From contig WQSV01000001.1 of the NCBI GenBank assembly GCA_009787685.1, forward strand, positions 1-53,266: 53,266 nucleotides of DNA. Reading direction: 5' to 3'. The translations under genes were made by a program, and so were the position numbers. This stretch comes from Bacillota bacterium. Its GTDB lineage: Bacteria > Bacillota > Clostridia > Christensenellales > Pumilibacteraceae. Below, in pieces: positions 34,818 through 44,346 of the stretch; position 1 is the stretch's first letter; the number at the start of each line of letters is the position of its first letter. Under the pieces are notes generated by a model. The model was given only the letters and a program-made list of their open reading frames with translations. It was not told the origin of the DNA and ran no database searches.

Positions 34818-36335
34818 TTACTTTAGCTTTCCAATTGCTTTCTCAACTGCTTTCAGAACCTCTCCATATCGAACTAGCCCTAGGCATTTGTCAATCAATG
34901 GAGCAAGCACATCATCACTTTCAATGAAAGGGACTCCTTTTCTGACTAGGTCAAAGATTGCTTTTCCCGATTTTGAAAGTTTGTCCGCTCCTCTTAATTC
35001 CGCCGCTTGGCAAGCGGTGAAGAGTTCGATTGCAAGAACCGTCATTGTGTTTTCGACAATCGTTCTTGCTTTTAATGCAGCGGTCATCCCCATGCTGACA
35101 TGGTCTTCTTGATTGGCGCTTGATGTTATTGAGTCGACTGAAGCTGGGTGTGAGAGAACTTTGTTTTCGCTCACTAGTGATGCCGCGGTGTATTGCGGAA
35201 TCATGAAGCCACTGTTTAGTCCACCGACCTTGACCAAAAATGCTGGCAATCCATTTGAGAGTTGAGGGTTGACCATTCTTTCAATTCTTCTCTCCGAAAC
35301 ATTCGCGATTTCACTCATTGCAATTCCGAGAAAATCGTTTGCAAAAGCCATATATTGACCATGAAAATTTCCACCCGAAATTACTTCACCTGTTTTTGGA
35401 AAAATAAGAGGATTGTCCGTCACGGCATTTATTTCATTCGCAACTGTTTGTTCAACAAACTTCAAAGTGTCTCGCGATGCTCCATGAATTTGAGGGACGC
35501 AACGCAAAGTGTAGGCATCTTGAACTCGGTCCTTTGATGTGAGATTGCTATCAAAAAGAAGTTTTCTCAAATTCGCTGCTGTTTCAATTTGACCAATTTG
35601 ATTTCTTGCAATATGTAGTCTCTCATCATATGCTATTGCTATACCAGTTAGCGCTTCATTAGTGAGTGCAGAAAGTGCGTCCGCAGTTTTTATTAGCATT
35701 TTTGAATCATGAACCAAAAGAGTGGCAATCGAACACATTGCTTGTGTTCCATTAATCAAAGCCAGACCCTCTTTAGCACTCAATTCAATTGGTTTAAGAC
35801 CAGTTTTTTGAAACGCCACTTCACTTGAGATTCGTTTGTTTTTAAAAAACACTTCACCGAGTCCAATCAAAGGAAGTGACATGTGAGCAAGCGGAACAAG
35901 GTCCCCACTCGCTCCAAGCGACCCTTTGCTTGGCACGACTGGAACAATATCATTGTTCAACATTTCGACCATCAACTCAATTGTTGTTGATTCAATCCCC
36001 GAATGTCCAACGCATAGAGCGTTGATTCGAAGAGCAAGCATTGCTCGAACAACATCTTTTGGCATCGGCTCACCAACTCCACACGCATGAGAAATGATGA
36101 GGTTTTTTTGCAGTGTTTTGAGATCATTCTCGCCAATTGAAACATCTGCAAATTTTCCAAAGCCCGTGTTAATGCCATAGACTGCTTCGTCTTTTTTCGC
36201 AATTTCATCGACTACTTTGCGTGCAAGTTTAACTTGTTGCATTGCCTTTTTGCAAATGTCAACTTTTGCTTTGTTTCTCGCAATGCGAACAACATCTTTT
36301 ATGTCTAGTGTTTTTCCGTTTAATGAAATCATCAT
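34818..36335 (-). CDS. hutH: histidine ammonia-lyase
   Basis: GSLGASGDLVPLAHM (the MIO-forming ASG triad); 505 aa. Confidence 0.93.
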   Translation of the reverse strand: MMISLNGKTLDIKDVVRIARNKAKVDICKKAMQQVKLARKVVDEIAKKDEAVYGINTGFGKFADVSIGENDLKTLQKNLIISHACGVGEPMPKDVVRAMLALRINALCVGHSGIESTTIELMVEMLNNDIVPVVPSKGSLGASGDLVPLAHMSLPLIGLGEVFFKNKRISSEVAFQKTGLKPIELSAKEGLALINGTQAMCSIATLLVHDSKMLIKTADALSALTNEALTGIAIAYDERLHIARNQIGQIETAANLRKLLFDSNLTSKDRVQDAYTLRCVPQIHGASRDTLKFVEQTVANEINAVTDNPLIFPKTGEVISGGNFHGQYMAFANDFLGIAMSEIANVSERRIERMVNPQLSNGLPAFLVKVGGLNSGFMIPQYTAASLVSENKVLSHPASVDSITSSANQEDHVSMGMTAALKARTIVENTMTVLAIELFTACQAAELRGADKLSKSGKAIFDLVRKGVPFIESDDVLAPLIDKCLGLVRYGEVLKAVEKAIGKLK

Positions 36336-36430
36336 ATTTTAATAGAGAGTGAATGGTTGAAAATGAAAATTCGAGATGTTGTTAAAAAATTCCCTCATCT
36401 TCACTCTTGGCTCTTCACTCTTATAGCAAT

Positions 36431-36778
36431 TTATTGTCTCACCATTCTCAGTTCAATGGTGGTGTTTTGCGTTATTACATGAGTTATTGAAGTCATTTGT
36501 TCTTGCTGTTCTCCGTTGATGTAAAGATATGAAAAATAGTTAGGATCAGTGCTAAGAATAGTGATAATATAGACTTCTTCTCCGTCTCTGACTTGATTCG
36601 CCCCCATGTTCAAAGTTCTTGTCACATTCTGTTCGTTTTCATATGCTACTGTTAAAGTCGTTTGTGGCGGAGCAATGAGAGTCACGGTGTGATAAGTTTC
36701 ACCATTGCATGCCGTGAACATTGCACCCATTAGTAGTAATGCCATTAATACTATTAATGCTGTTAGTTTTCTTTTCAT
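36431..36778 (-). CDS. small lipoprotein, unknown function
   Basis: MKRKLTALIVLMALLLMGAMFTAC lipobox; ATG at 36778 with SD aaaggagaac. Confidence 0.65.
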   Translation of the reverse strand: MKRKLTALIVLMALLLMGAMFTACNGETYHTVTLIAPPQTTLTVAYENEQNVTRTLNMGANQVRDGEEVYIITILSTDPNYFSYLYINGEQQEQMTSITHVITQNTTIELRMVRQ

Positions 36779-36824
36779 AGTTCTCCTTTGCGTTACTGAC
36801 GCTTTTGTCGAATCACTTTCTATT

Positions 36825-36866
36825 CGCAATTCCTGTCAAAAGGGTCGAAGACCCTTTCTCAGTTCA
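36825..36866 (+). repeat. single GTCGAAGAC-family half unit between asnS and the lipoprotein gene
   Basis: ctgtcaaaagggtcgaagaccctttctcag. Confidence 0.7.
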
Positions 36867-38252
36867 TTATCTCAGTTCATTTCTTGCTCTTGGGAATATC
36901 GCTGTGTCACGAATGTTTCCAATTCCCGTGATATACATCAACATTCTTTCAAGTCCAAGTCCAAATCCTGCATGAGGAACAGAACCATATTTTCTCAAAT
37001 CGAGATATTGTTCATAGTCACTAAGATTCATCCCTCTTGCAACAATTTCGTTTTTGAGCTTTTCATAGTTCGCTTCTCTCTCACTTCCACCGATTATTTC
37101 ACCGACCCCGGGAACAAGAAGGTCTGTTGCTGCGACCGTTTTGCCATCGTCGTTTTGTTTCATGTAGAACGATTTAATTGCTTTTGGATAGTTAACGACA
37201 AAGCAAGGCTTCGCGAAATGTTCTTCCGTTAAATACCTTTCGTGTTCAGTCTGCAAGTCACAACCCCATTCAACTGGATATTGAAATTCTTTTGCTTTAG
37301 AGCATTTTTTGAGTATTTCAATGGCTTCGGTGTAGTCCACTCTTGCAAAATCTTTTTCAACAATGCCTGTCAATTTTTCAATCAATCCTTTTTCATAGAA
37401 CCTTTCAAAAAACGCTAGTTCATCTTTGCATTTGTCGAGAACAAATTTTGTTATAAACTTGATGAATTCTTCCGCAATTTCAATCAGTCCATCAATGTCG
37501 CAAAAAGCAACTTCAGGTTCATTCATCCAAAATTCCGCAGCATGACGAGAAGTGTTTGAATTTTCCGCTCGAAACGTTGGGCCAAAGGTGTAGATCTTTC
37601 CAAAAGCCATAGCCATCATTTCACCCTCAAGCTGACCAGAAACAGTGAGTCCTGCGGACTTACTGAAAAAGTCATTCGCATGATATTCTTCTTCGGTTTT
37701 GAATTTGTTTGAATAGCCAATCGTTGTGACCTTGAACCCTTCCCCTGCCCCTTCACAGTCAGAGCCTGTTATTATTGGGGTGTGGGCATAGACATAGTTT
37801 CTGTCGAGATAATATTTGTGAATCGCTTCCGTCAAAACATTTCTAATGCGAAACATCGCCGAAAATGTGTTCGTTCTCATTCTCAAATGAGGAATCGTTC
37901 TCAAAAATTCTAATGAGTGCGGTTTTTTTTGAATTGGATATTCTGGAGGGCATTCTCCAAGAACTTCCACAGTGTCTGCATTAATTTCAACATTTTCTGG
38001 ATTATTCGCGGCTTTGACAACTTTTCCAGTGATTTTTAATGATGTGCAAAGAGGCAATGCCGCCGCACAATTGTCGATTTTCTCTTTGTCAAAAACTATT
38101 TGCATGTGTTTAAGCATTGTTCCATCATTGAGTTCCACAAACGCAACCGTTTTCGAATCTCGGCTCGTTCGAACCCATCCGCAAACCGTGACCGATTTTC
38201 CGATGAACTTTTTTTTGTTTTCAACTATTTCTTTGATGTCAATATGTTTCAT
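36867..38252 (-). CDS. asnS: asparagine--tRNA ligase
   Basis: KSVTVCGWVRTSRDSKTVAFVELNDGT..FRAENSNTSRHAAEFWMNEPE..GFGLGLERM. Confidence 0.92.
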   Translation of the reverse strand: MKHIDIKEIVENKKKFIGKSVTVCGWVRTSRDSKTVAFVELNDGTMLKHMQIVFDKEKIDNCAAALPLCTSLKITGKVVKAANNPENVEINADTVEVLGECPPEYPIQKKPHSLEFLRTIPHLRMRTNTFSAMFRIRNVLTEAIHKYYLDRNYVYAHTPIITGSDCEGAGEGFKVTTIGYSNKFKTEEEYHANDFFSKSAGLTVSGQLEGEMMAMAFGKIYTFGPTFRAENSNTSRHAAEFWMNEPEVAFCDIDGLIEIAEEFIKFITKFVLDKCKDELAFFERFYEKGLIEKLTGIVEKDFARVDYTEAIEILKKCSKAKEFQYPVEWGCDLQTEHERYLTEEHFAKPCFVVNYPKAIKSFYMKQNDDGKTVAATDLLVPGVGEIIGGSEREANYEKLKNEIVARGMNLSDYEQYLDLRKYGSVPHAGFGLGLERMLMYITGIGNIRDTAIFPRARNELR

Positions 38253-38299
38253 GATTTCCTTTTCAACGCACGATGCTCAATGCACAATGCTCAAATTTG

Positions 38300-38818
38300 T
38301 TAATTAATTTTTTCATTTCCCACCACAGGCTCAATATTCTCACTCTCGCATTCGCTGTGTGCTAAGCCTTGAGCATTGTTCTTTTCGATTGATTCCATCT
38401 CACATTCCTTTTTAACTTCTTCTTCGACCTTTTTTTCTTTATTAATGCGTTCAATAATCAATGCAAGAAATTTGTCGACTGCAATAAGAAAGAGTATTCC
38501 ATATCTCATTGACAACAGGTATTCACTAAAAATTTGCAATCCCGCAGTTCCGGGGTCGACTGTCAAAACCACTGTTCCGACAATGACTGCCATGTAGACA
38601 AAATATATCGACGCTTTGACTGATGGACCTTGAAGATACCACTTTAATGTTCTCAATCCAATATTCAACTGCCCTTTCTTTTCTTTAAGTTTTATTAAAT
38701 ATCTTTCGATTCGTCTTTCGATTTTTTCCAAGATGATGAAAATCAAGGTTATCGCGAGATTCAAGATTGAAGCAAGAATAATATTTCCGTCAACAGCACC
38801 AAACGCGGTCAGTGTCAA
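38300..38818 (-). CDS. hypothetical membrane protein (start unresolved, see findings)
   Basis: The ORF starts at TTG 38818. The in-frame upstream sequence continues a hydrophobic segment back to 38905 without an ATG, GTG or TTG. Confidence 0.5.
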   Translation of the reverse strand: MTLTAFGAVDGNIILASILNLAITLIFIILEKIERRIERYLIKLKEKKGQLNIGLRTLKWYLQGPSVKASIYFVYMAVIVGTVVLTVDPGTAGLQIFSEYLLSMRYGILFLIAVDKFLALIIERINKEKKVEEEVKKECEMESIEKNNAQGLAHSECESENIEPVVGNEKIN

Positions 38819-38897
38819 CGCCGCAAAAGCACTAGCATTTACAATTGCAATAATAATGTAGACAATTATTTTTAAGATTGGAGATTTAATTTTGTTC

Positions 38898-39458
38898 TCA
38901 CCTCTCTAGTTTTTTCACTCCGTCTTTGCTTTCCGAACTCGGAACAAAGTCCGTGACTGTTTTTTGATCCTTTTTCTTTTGAATTCTGTTCTTGATTATT
39001 CCAATGACCAAAAAACTTGTTCCAAGCCCAAATCCAATTGACATAATAATTATGCCCATGTTTCGCATTCTTCTGTCACTTGAATAGAGCCCTTCAATCA
39101 TGTCATGGGCACAAAGAAGTGTTTCTCCGCCAACAATTATTTCTTTGATGCTCAAAACGTTTGCAATCTCCATATATCGCATTTGAACATGAGTTCCACT
39201 CACTTGTGGAGTTTGAGCAACAATTCGTCCAGAAATGTTTTCTCTTGAAAAAAATTCATGAGTCAATGGGAGCATTTCAAATTCTCTTCCGCCAACTGTG
39301 ATAACAACTCTTGTTCCCATTTCAACTCGTTGAACAATTCCGCTGACACTTCGAAATTCATCAATGTTGTATTCATTGTTTGAAAGTGGAATAAACATCG
39401 ACCCCACAAATCCTATTAAAAAGAACACTACTGAAAAAATAAAAAACACAATTTTCAT
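38898..39458 (-). CDS. hypothetical bitopic membrane protein
   Basis: 186 aa with N- and C-terminal TM segments. Confidence 0.55.
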   Translation of the reverse strand: MKIVFFIFSVVFFLIGFVGSMFIPLSNNEYNIDEFRSVSGIVQRVEMGTRVVITVGGREFEMLPLTHEFFSRENISGRIVAQTPQVSGTHVQMRYMEIANVLSIKEIIVGGETLLCAHDMIEGLYSSDRRMRNMGIIIMSIGFGLGTSFLVIGIIKNRIQKKKDQKTVTDFVPSSESKDGVKKLER

Positions 39459-39477
39459 AAAAACACTATATCCTTAC

Positions 39478-39592
39478 AAAGTTTTTTTGTCAAGCATCTT
39501 TGATGCTCTTGTCGGAGATTGCTATTATTTAGAAACATCCTCACAAAGGGCTCGAAGACCCTTGTCAAGCGTTTGCATATTGGGGTTTGAGC
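39478..39592 (+). repeat. GTCGAAGAC-family unit abutting the prophage end
   Basis: tgtcaagcatctttgatgctcttgtcggagattgctattatttagaaacatcctcacaaagggctcgaagacccttgtcaa, nearly identical to about 8590-8670. Confidence 0.85.
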
Positions 39593-39669
39593 GAATTTAA
39601 GAGCATTTTAGGGTGTTTCTGTGGGTATTTGGGGGTTGTTTTGGGGTTTTGTGTTTCTTTTTTTGAAAG

Positions 39670-39703
39670 TTTTTAGGTCATTTTTAGGTCTTTTTAAGGT
39701 CAT
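39670..39703 (+). repeat. three TTTTTAGGTC repeats at 10-11 bp spacing (candidate arm-type integrase sites)
   Basis: tttttaggtca tttttaggtct ttttaaggtca, about 60 bp beyond the integrase stop. Confidence 0.4.
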
Positions 39704-39757
39704 TTGTGTTTTGGTGTTTTTTTAGTCAAAAGCAATGTTCTTTGCTTTTGACTAAAG

Positions 39758-40984
39758 TTAGTTGCTGAAATCGGGATATAGGTTTCCGTAGATTTCCAGA
39801 ACTTCTTGTTTGGTTATGTTTGGGTCGTAGGTGGTGTAGCGGTCTGATGTCATTCTGCTGTCTTTGTGACCCATTGCGTGTTGACGGAATTTGTCGTTTG
39901 CTCCTAGATAGAATAGGTTTGAGCAGAAAGTATGGCGAAGGCTGTGGAGAGATGTGTCATCAAATTTTAAACCAATTTTGATTAGAAATTCTCTAAACCT
40001 TACCGCATAGTTTGTTCCCTTTCCGTTTTTAAACATCTTGTCCCATTTGGTGCGGAGTATGTCGCAGTAGGCTTGTGAGATTTTGACATAGCCACTTGTT
40101 CCATCGCTTTTTTGGCGATTGACCCATACTCTGTTGTTGTCGAAGTCTGGCTCGCAATTTGGGGCTTCGTTTGCTCGGCATCCAACCATTAAATAGAAAT
40201 CAATCTCGTCAGCGATTTTTGTCTCACCCTTTCTTGCGTGAATGATTTTCTGTTCTTCAATGTCAAACCATCTTCCTTTTACTTTTTCAAACGCTGGGCA
40301 TTTTAGGGTTGAGATTGGGTTTCTTTCGATTATTCCCTCCTCAACTGCATCAGCAAAAGTTAATTTCAAGATTTGTAAAACTTGGACTGGTTGGATTGGC
40401 AGATCTTTCAAGAAAGTTAGAATGTCCAATTTGGTGTATTCATCAATTGGCTTATCTAGTTTTGAAAGGTGCTTGTCTATCATTCCTCGCAATTTCTCAA
40501 AATCGTTTCGATTTGCTTTCGCACTTTTGACACATAGGTCGAACAATATCGGACATTCCCTTTTGAGCCTTGACACAAAACGAGTGTGTTTGAGAATGTT
40601 TTTCAACTCCCTCATTCGCTCCGCTATTTTCTTTTTCAACACTCGGTAGTCCTTATCAATCTCTCTGTGCCAGACCCCTGCTATCATTTTTTGCCATTCG
40701 AATCTTCCGTCTTTTCGCAGACGGACATTTTTTTGTGTTCGCATAAACTCTTGTTCCTCCTCGTTGAGTTGTTTTGAGTTCTCTGCGAATTGACCTTTTT
40801 TAGATGACCCTCCTTCATTTTGTGTAAGATTAGTATAGCATTTTTCGGAATTTTTGTCAACTGAAAAAGGGTTGTTTATCGGTCTATTTTCAATAGAAAA
40901 TGCCACAAATCGCCCAACTGTTTCTGTGAGCGTTGCAATCATTTTGCTCTGTTCAACTAGTTGTTGTTGCAATTCTGCACCCAT
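39758..40984 (-). CDS. int: tyrosine recombinase / phage integrase
   Basis: C-terminal LHSLRHTFCSNLF..AMGHKDSRMTSDRYTTY (R..HxxR..Y catalytic pattern); SD aaaggagc. Confidence 0.85.
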   Translation of the reverse strand: MGAELQQQLVEQSKMIATLTETVGRFVAFSIENRPINNPFSVDKNSEKCYTNLTQNEGGSSKKGQFAENSKQLNEEEQEFMRTQKNVRLRKDGRFEWQKMIAGVWHREIDKDYRVLKKKIAERMRELKNILKHTRFVSRLKRECPILFDLCVKSAKANRNDFEKLRGMIDKHLSKLDKPIDEYTKLDILTFLKDLPIQPVQVLQILKLTFADAVEEGIIERNPISTLKCPAFEKVKGRWFDIEEQKIIHARKGETKIADEIDFYLMVGCRANEAPNCEPDFDNNRVWVNRQKSDGTSGYVKISQAYCDILRTKWDKMFKNGKGTNYAVRFREFLIKIGLKFDDTSLHSLRHTFCSNLFYLGANDKFRQHAMGHKDSRMTSDRYTTYDPNITKQEVLEIYGNLYPDFSN

Positions 40985-41010
40985 TGTTTTTTGCTCCTTT
41001 CGTTTTCGTA

Positions 41011-42054
41011 TTAACTGAAAATATCTTCATCTTCATTGATTACACCGAACATCATTATTTGATCGGCAGTCATTGGTTGGTTTGGTTTTGGCATTGGGAT
41101 TGGGTTTTCTGTTTTTCCGAATTCCCATAGGAAGTGGATTCTGCGTTTGAACGCTTCAAAGGTTTCTGGTTCTTCTTGTTGTATTAAGGGGTATTGGGAA
41201 TTTAGCGGAATGTTGCTTGCTATGTAGACTGTGTCGTAGCAGGCGGTTTTGTTGTTGTAGCGAGCGGGTAAATCTAAGGGGTAGCCGTCGAGTTGCTTTA
41301 AGATGTCGGATATTTTTAGGTGGGAGCGGAACTCGTCGAATAGGACTATTTTTTGTCCTTTGTAGGTATCCCACATGGAGCGGTCATAGTTCGTCACGAC
41401 ATAGACATTTTCATAGCCATATTTTTCCATAACATGACGAGTTTTTCCAACTCCTGTTTTACTCCAGATGTAGGTTGTGGTTAATTGGCGAAAGGTTTTT
41501 CGGAAAATCTCTTGTCGTTGCTCGTCACGAGCAGAAACATAGGCTTTAATGCGGTTTGAATAGAGCAAGAATTGTGATGGATAGGCATTTTGAATTTCTG
41601 CCATGCTTGCACCTTCTTCTAGTAGCATGATGATGTTTCTTAGGTCGTTGCGTTTGCCTTGTTCTTCTTCAAGGTTGATTTCGCCATTGCCTATTGGCTC
41701 GCCGATACGCGTTTCAGTTTTTGTCACATAGTCATAGGCTTGCCTTCGTGTGCCTCGTCTTTCTTCAATGTGGGCGAATGGGATTTTTTTCTTCAAGGTT
41801 GAAAAGCGTATGGGCTCAATGTTTTCGATATATATTTGATAGTGTTCGTAATCAGACTTTTCGCCTTTTTCGAGTTGCCCTATCCAAGTGTAAGGAGAAA
41901 GTGCTTCTATTAAATCGGCTTGCGAAATCTTTTCTGCTGATTGAGTGACGAGCCATGAGCGTGAACGGGTGTCTCGCTTTTTGTTTTCTTTTGAGTTGTT
42001 TTCGCTTTCTTTTGTTTCAGTTTCATTGTTAATGGTTGTTTCAATTTGCTCCAT
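41011..42054 (-). CDS. rep: rolling-circle replication initiator: HUH endonuclease plus SF3 helicase (CRESS-like Rep architecture)
   Basis: Motif I SWLVTQS, motif II HYQIYI, motif III YDYVTK, Walker A SKTGVGKT, Walker B IVLFDEF, motif C IASN. Confidence 0.75.
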   Translation of the reverse strand: MEQIETTINNETETKESENNSKENKKRDTRSRSWLVTQSAEKISQADLIEALSPYTWIGQLEKGEKSDYEHYQIYIENIEPIRFSTLKKKIPFAHIEERRGTRRQAYDYVTKTETRIGEPIGNGEINLEEEQGKRNDLRNIIMLLEEGASMAEIQNAYPSQFLLYSNRIKAYVSARDEQRQEIFRKTFRQLTTTYIWSKTGVGKTRHVMEKYGYENVYVVTNYDRSMWDTYKGQKIVLFDEFRSHLKISDILKQLDGYPLDLPARYNNKTACYDTVYIASNIPLNSQYPLIQQEEPETFEAFKRRIHFLWEFGKTENPIPMPKPNQPMTADQIMMFGVINEDEDIFS

Positions 42055-42721
42055 AGTTGCCTCCTATATCAAAAAATGATTGTTGGTTTTTGTAGCGATT
42101 AAGCCTTGCAGTTGCTTTTTGAAAGTAGGTTTTGTCGATTTCAAAGCCTAGATATTGAAATCCTGCTTTGTGGCAAGCAATGAGAGATGAAGCACTTCCG
42201 ACATGAGTATCGAGAATTCTATCGCCTTTTTTTGCGAATAGGTTGAGTATCCATGAGTAGAGTTTGATTGGTTTTTGTGTTGGGTGGAGTCGTTCTTCGT
42301 TTGCAGTGCCTTGCGGAACACATTCAAAAATTTTTGCGTTAGCGTTAAAACTTGTCCAAGCGTATTCGCACATAGCCATTGTAAATTTTTCGCCGATTGT
42401 TAGTTTTCGCCAAACTGCAAAACAGCGAGTAGGTGGAAGGTCAAAGTAGTTCCCACCCCAAATAATCTGATTTTTGCTGACTCGAAAAAGTTCGTTGAAA
42501 TATTCTTTTTTGGGAGCGATATCCCAATCAATGATTTTCTTTTCAATTTTTTTCTTGTTGAGAGCGTTTCGCCCTCGCCCACCAATGAAAGGTTTTTCAC
42601 ATTCAAAGTTAGCGTTGCCATATGGTGGGTCAACGATAGCAAGTTCAAAAAAATTATCTGGAATGGTTTTCATAGCGGTTAGGCAATCCATATTGTAGAG
42701 TTTGTTTAATTCAAAATTCAT
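42041..42721 (-). CDS. beta-class DNA methyltransferase (N6-A or N4-C)
   Basis: LYNMDCLTAMK..AIVDPPYG (motif IV) lies before ..RILDTHVGSASSLIACHKAGFQYLGFEID (motif I). ATG 42721 was chosen; the ORF part 42722-42946 covers GC-rich hairpins. Confidence 0.8.
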   Translation of the reverse strand: MNFELNKLYNMDCLTAMKTIPDNFFELAIVDPPYGNANFECEKPFIGGRGRNALNKKKIEKKIIDWDIAPKKEYFNELFRVSKNQIIWGGNYFDLPPTRCFAVWRKLTIGEKFTMAMCEYAWTSFNANAKIFECVPQGTANEERLHPTQKPIKLYSWILNLFAKKGDRILDTHVGSASSLIACHKAGFQYLGFEIDKTYFQKATARLNRYKNQQSFFDIGGNYGAN

Positions 42722-42847
42722 TTTTGTTTTTGTCCTTTTTGAAGTCATTGATTTTAGTTTGAACACAGCCAGCACAAAAGGGTTGAAAACCCTGTCACAG
42801 TCACAGTAGTTATCTAAAAGGTAACAATAGGCTTTTAGAATGATTCC

Positions 42848-42954
42848 GCCCGCCGCAAGCGGCGGGCAAAGTGTCGCCACAGGCAAAACGGGGGGCAAGC
42901 CCTGTTCCGTTTTTTGCCTGTGCGTGCTTCTTGTTATGTCACGCATAGTGCGTG
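42848..42954. other. cluster of GC-rich hairpins (candidate replication origin or packaging signal)
   Basis: gcccgccgc-aa-gcggcgggc. cacaggcaaaacgg..(gggc-aa-gccc)..ccgttttttgcctgtg. cacgca-tag-tgcgtg. Local GC is far above the surroundings. Confidence 0.5.
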
Positions 42955-42975
42955 TTTAAAGCGTTGTTTTGCGGT

Positions 42976-43392
42976 TTAAGGCAAGTTCTCGCTTTGTTGA
43001 AGCAATTGTTGTTGTTCGTTGTTGCCTTGTTGCAATGCTTGTTGCGACTGCATTTTGAGAGCGTTTTCAAGGTCTTTCAATGCTTGTTCTGAAACCTTTT
43101 TTGCTTTTGTTTTTCTCTCAATTGTGTCGTTGGGTGAGAGAAATTTTGCTTCCTTTTTGATTGCTTTCCAGTCTTTTTTGAAAGCCCATAGGATTGTTTT
43201 GGCAAAGTATAAGACAACATTTTGCCCTAGAATTACCTTGTTGCTTTCTTCAGAGTTTGGAAAAACTGAATGAATATCTGGTGCAGTTTCCCCAATGCTC
43301 ATGAGATGCATATATGCTTTTTGGGCAGGGTCAGTTAGTAGGTCTAAATATGACAGTGCTTTTTTTCTTGTTTTCTTTTTGTTGAAAAACAT
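42976..43392 (-). CDS. hypothetical protein
   Basis: 138 aa; SD cggagaat. Confidence 0.5.
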   Translation of the reverse strand: MFFNKKKTRKKALSYLDLLTDPAQKAYMHLMSIGETAPDIHSVFPNSEESNKVILGQNVVLYFAKTILWAFKKDWKAIKKEAKFLSPNDTIERKTKAKKVSEQALKDLENALKMQSQQALQQGNNEQQQLLQQSENLP

Positions 43393-43437
43393 TTTGTTTT
43401 ATTCTCCGTTAAAAATTATTTTTTGTTCGTCAAATAA

Positions 43438-43466
43438 GTGACTTCTATGATAAAATATGGTATAAT
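43438..43466 (+). promoter_or_regulatory. promoter of the KilA-N gene (extended -10)
   Basis: gtgact .. tgGTATAAT; SD aaaaggag before the ATG at 43491. Confidence 0.5.
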
Positions 43467-43490
43467 GAAATCATAAAAAGGAGTTTAAGT

Positions 43491-44313
43491 ATGTCAAAAT
43501 CACTTGAAATTAAAGGGATTGATATTGGTTACAAGAAAATCAATAAGGAAGATTATATCTCTCTCACTGATATGGCAAAGTATAAAAACGCGGAAATTCC
43601 TGCTCATGTCATATCACATTGGCTAAGCACTAAATTCGCAGTTGAGTTTTTGGGCATATGGGAAAAAACAAACAAACCCCAATTTTAACCTCACGGAATT
43701 CCGTGACATTAGAAATGATAGTGGTGGCAGTTTCACTCTCTCCCCTAAGCAATGGATAGAAAAAACTAATGCAATCGGATTGGTTTCAAGTGCAGGAAGA
43801 TATGGCGGAACTTTTGCTCACAAAGACATTGCTTTTGAATTTGCTACTTGGTTGAGTGCTGAATTCAAGTTTTGGATTATTCAAGAATTCCAACGCTTAA
43901 AGTCTGATGAATAACAATTGATAGCGTGGAGTGCAAAAAGAGAGCTCGCAAAAATCAACTATCACATTCAAACGAGTGCAATTGCACAGAATTTAATAGT
44001 GCCAACATTGACTGCAAGTCAAAAAAGTTTTGTTTATGCTGATGAAGCAGATTTGTTAAATGTTTCACTTTTTGGAATTACTGCATCAGAATGGCGAAAA
44101 GCAAATAAGGATAAAGACGGAAATATTCGTGATTATGCATCAATTCATCAACTGTTGGTTTTGGCGAACATGGAAAGCTACAACGCAATCATGATTAAAG
44201 ACAAATTGAGCCAACCAGAAAGACTTGACAAATTAAACGAGATGGCTCGTCAACAATTGCAAGTTTTGTCACAGGTTGAAAATAGGCTATATCTTCCAAA
44301 AAAAGACGATTAA
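43491..44313 (+). pseudogene. KilA-N domain protein, disrupted by one frameshift (about 43672-43680) and one in-frame TAA (43915-43917)
   Basis: Three consecutive ORFs together read ..DYISLTDMAKYKN..FLGIWEKTN / NPNFNLTEF..GRYGGTFAHKDIAFEFATWLSAEFKFWIIQEFQRLKSDE* / QLIAWSAKRELAKINYHIQTSAI.. Confidence 0.75.
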
Positions 44314-44346
44314 TTCAAAGCAGTGTCCTTGTGGCACTGTTTTCTT

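Noticed and set aside
36705-37232. 175-aa + strand ORF
   Set aside because: It is antisense to asnS and the lipoprotein gene. The asnS reading frame has unambiguous class II synthetase motifs.
42722-42946. N-terminal 75 aa of the 301-aa MTase ORF
   Set aside because: This part covers the GC-rich hairpin cluster and has an odd composition (PPVLPVATLCPPLAAGG). The conserved MTase N-terminus (MNFELNKLYNMDCL) begins at the ATG at 42721.
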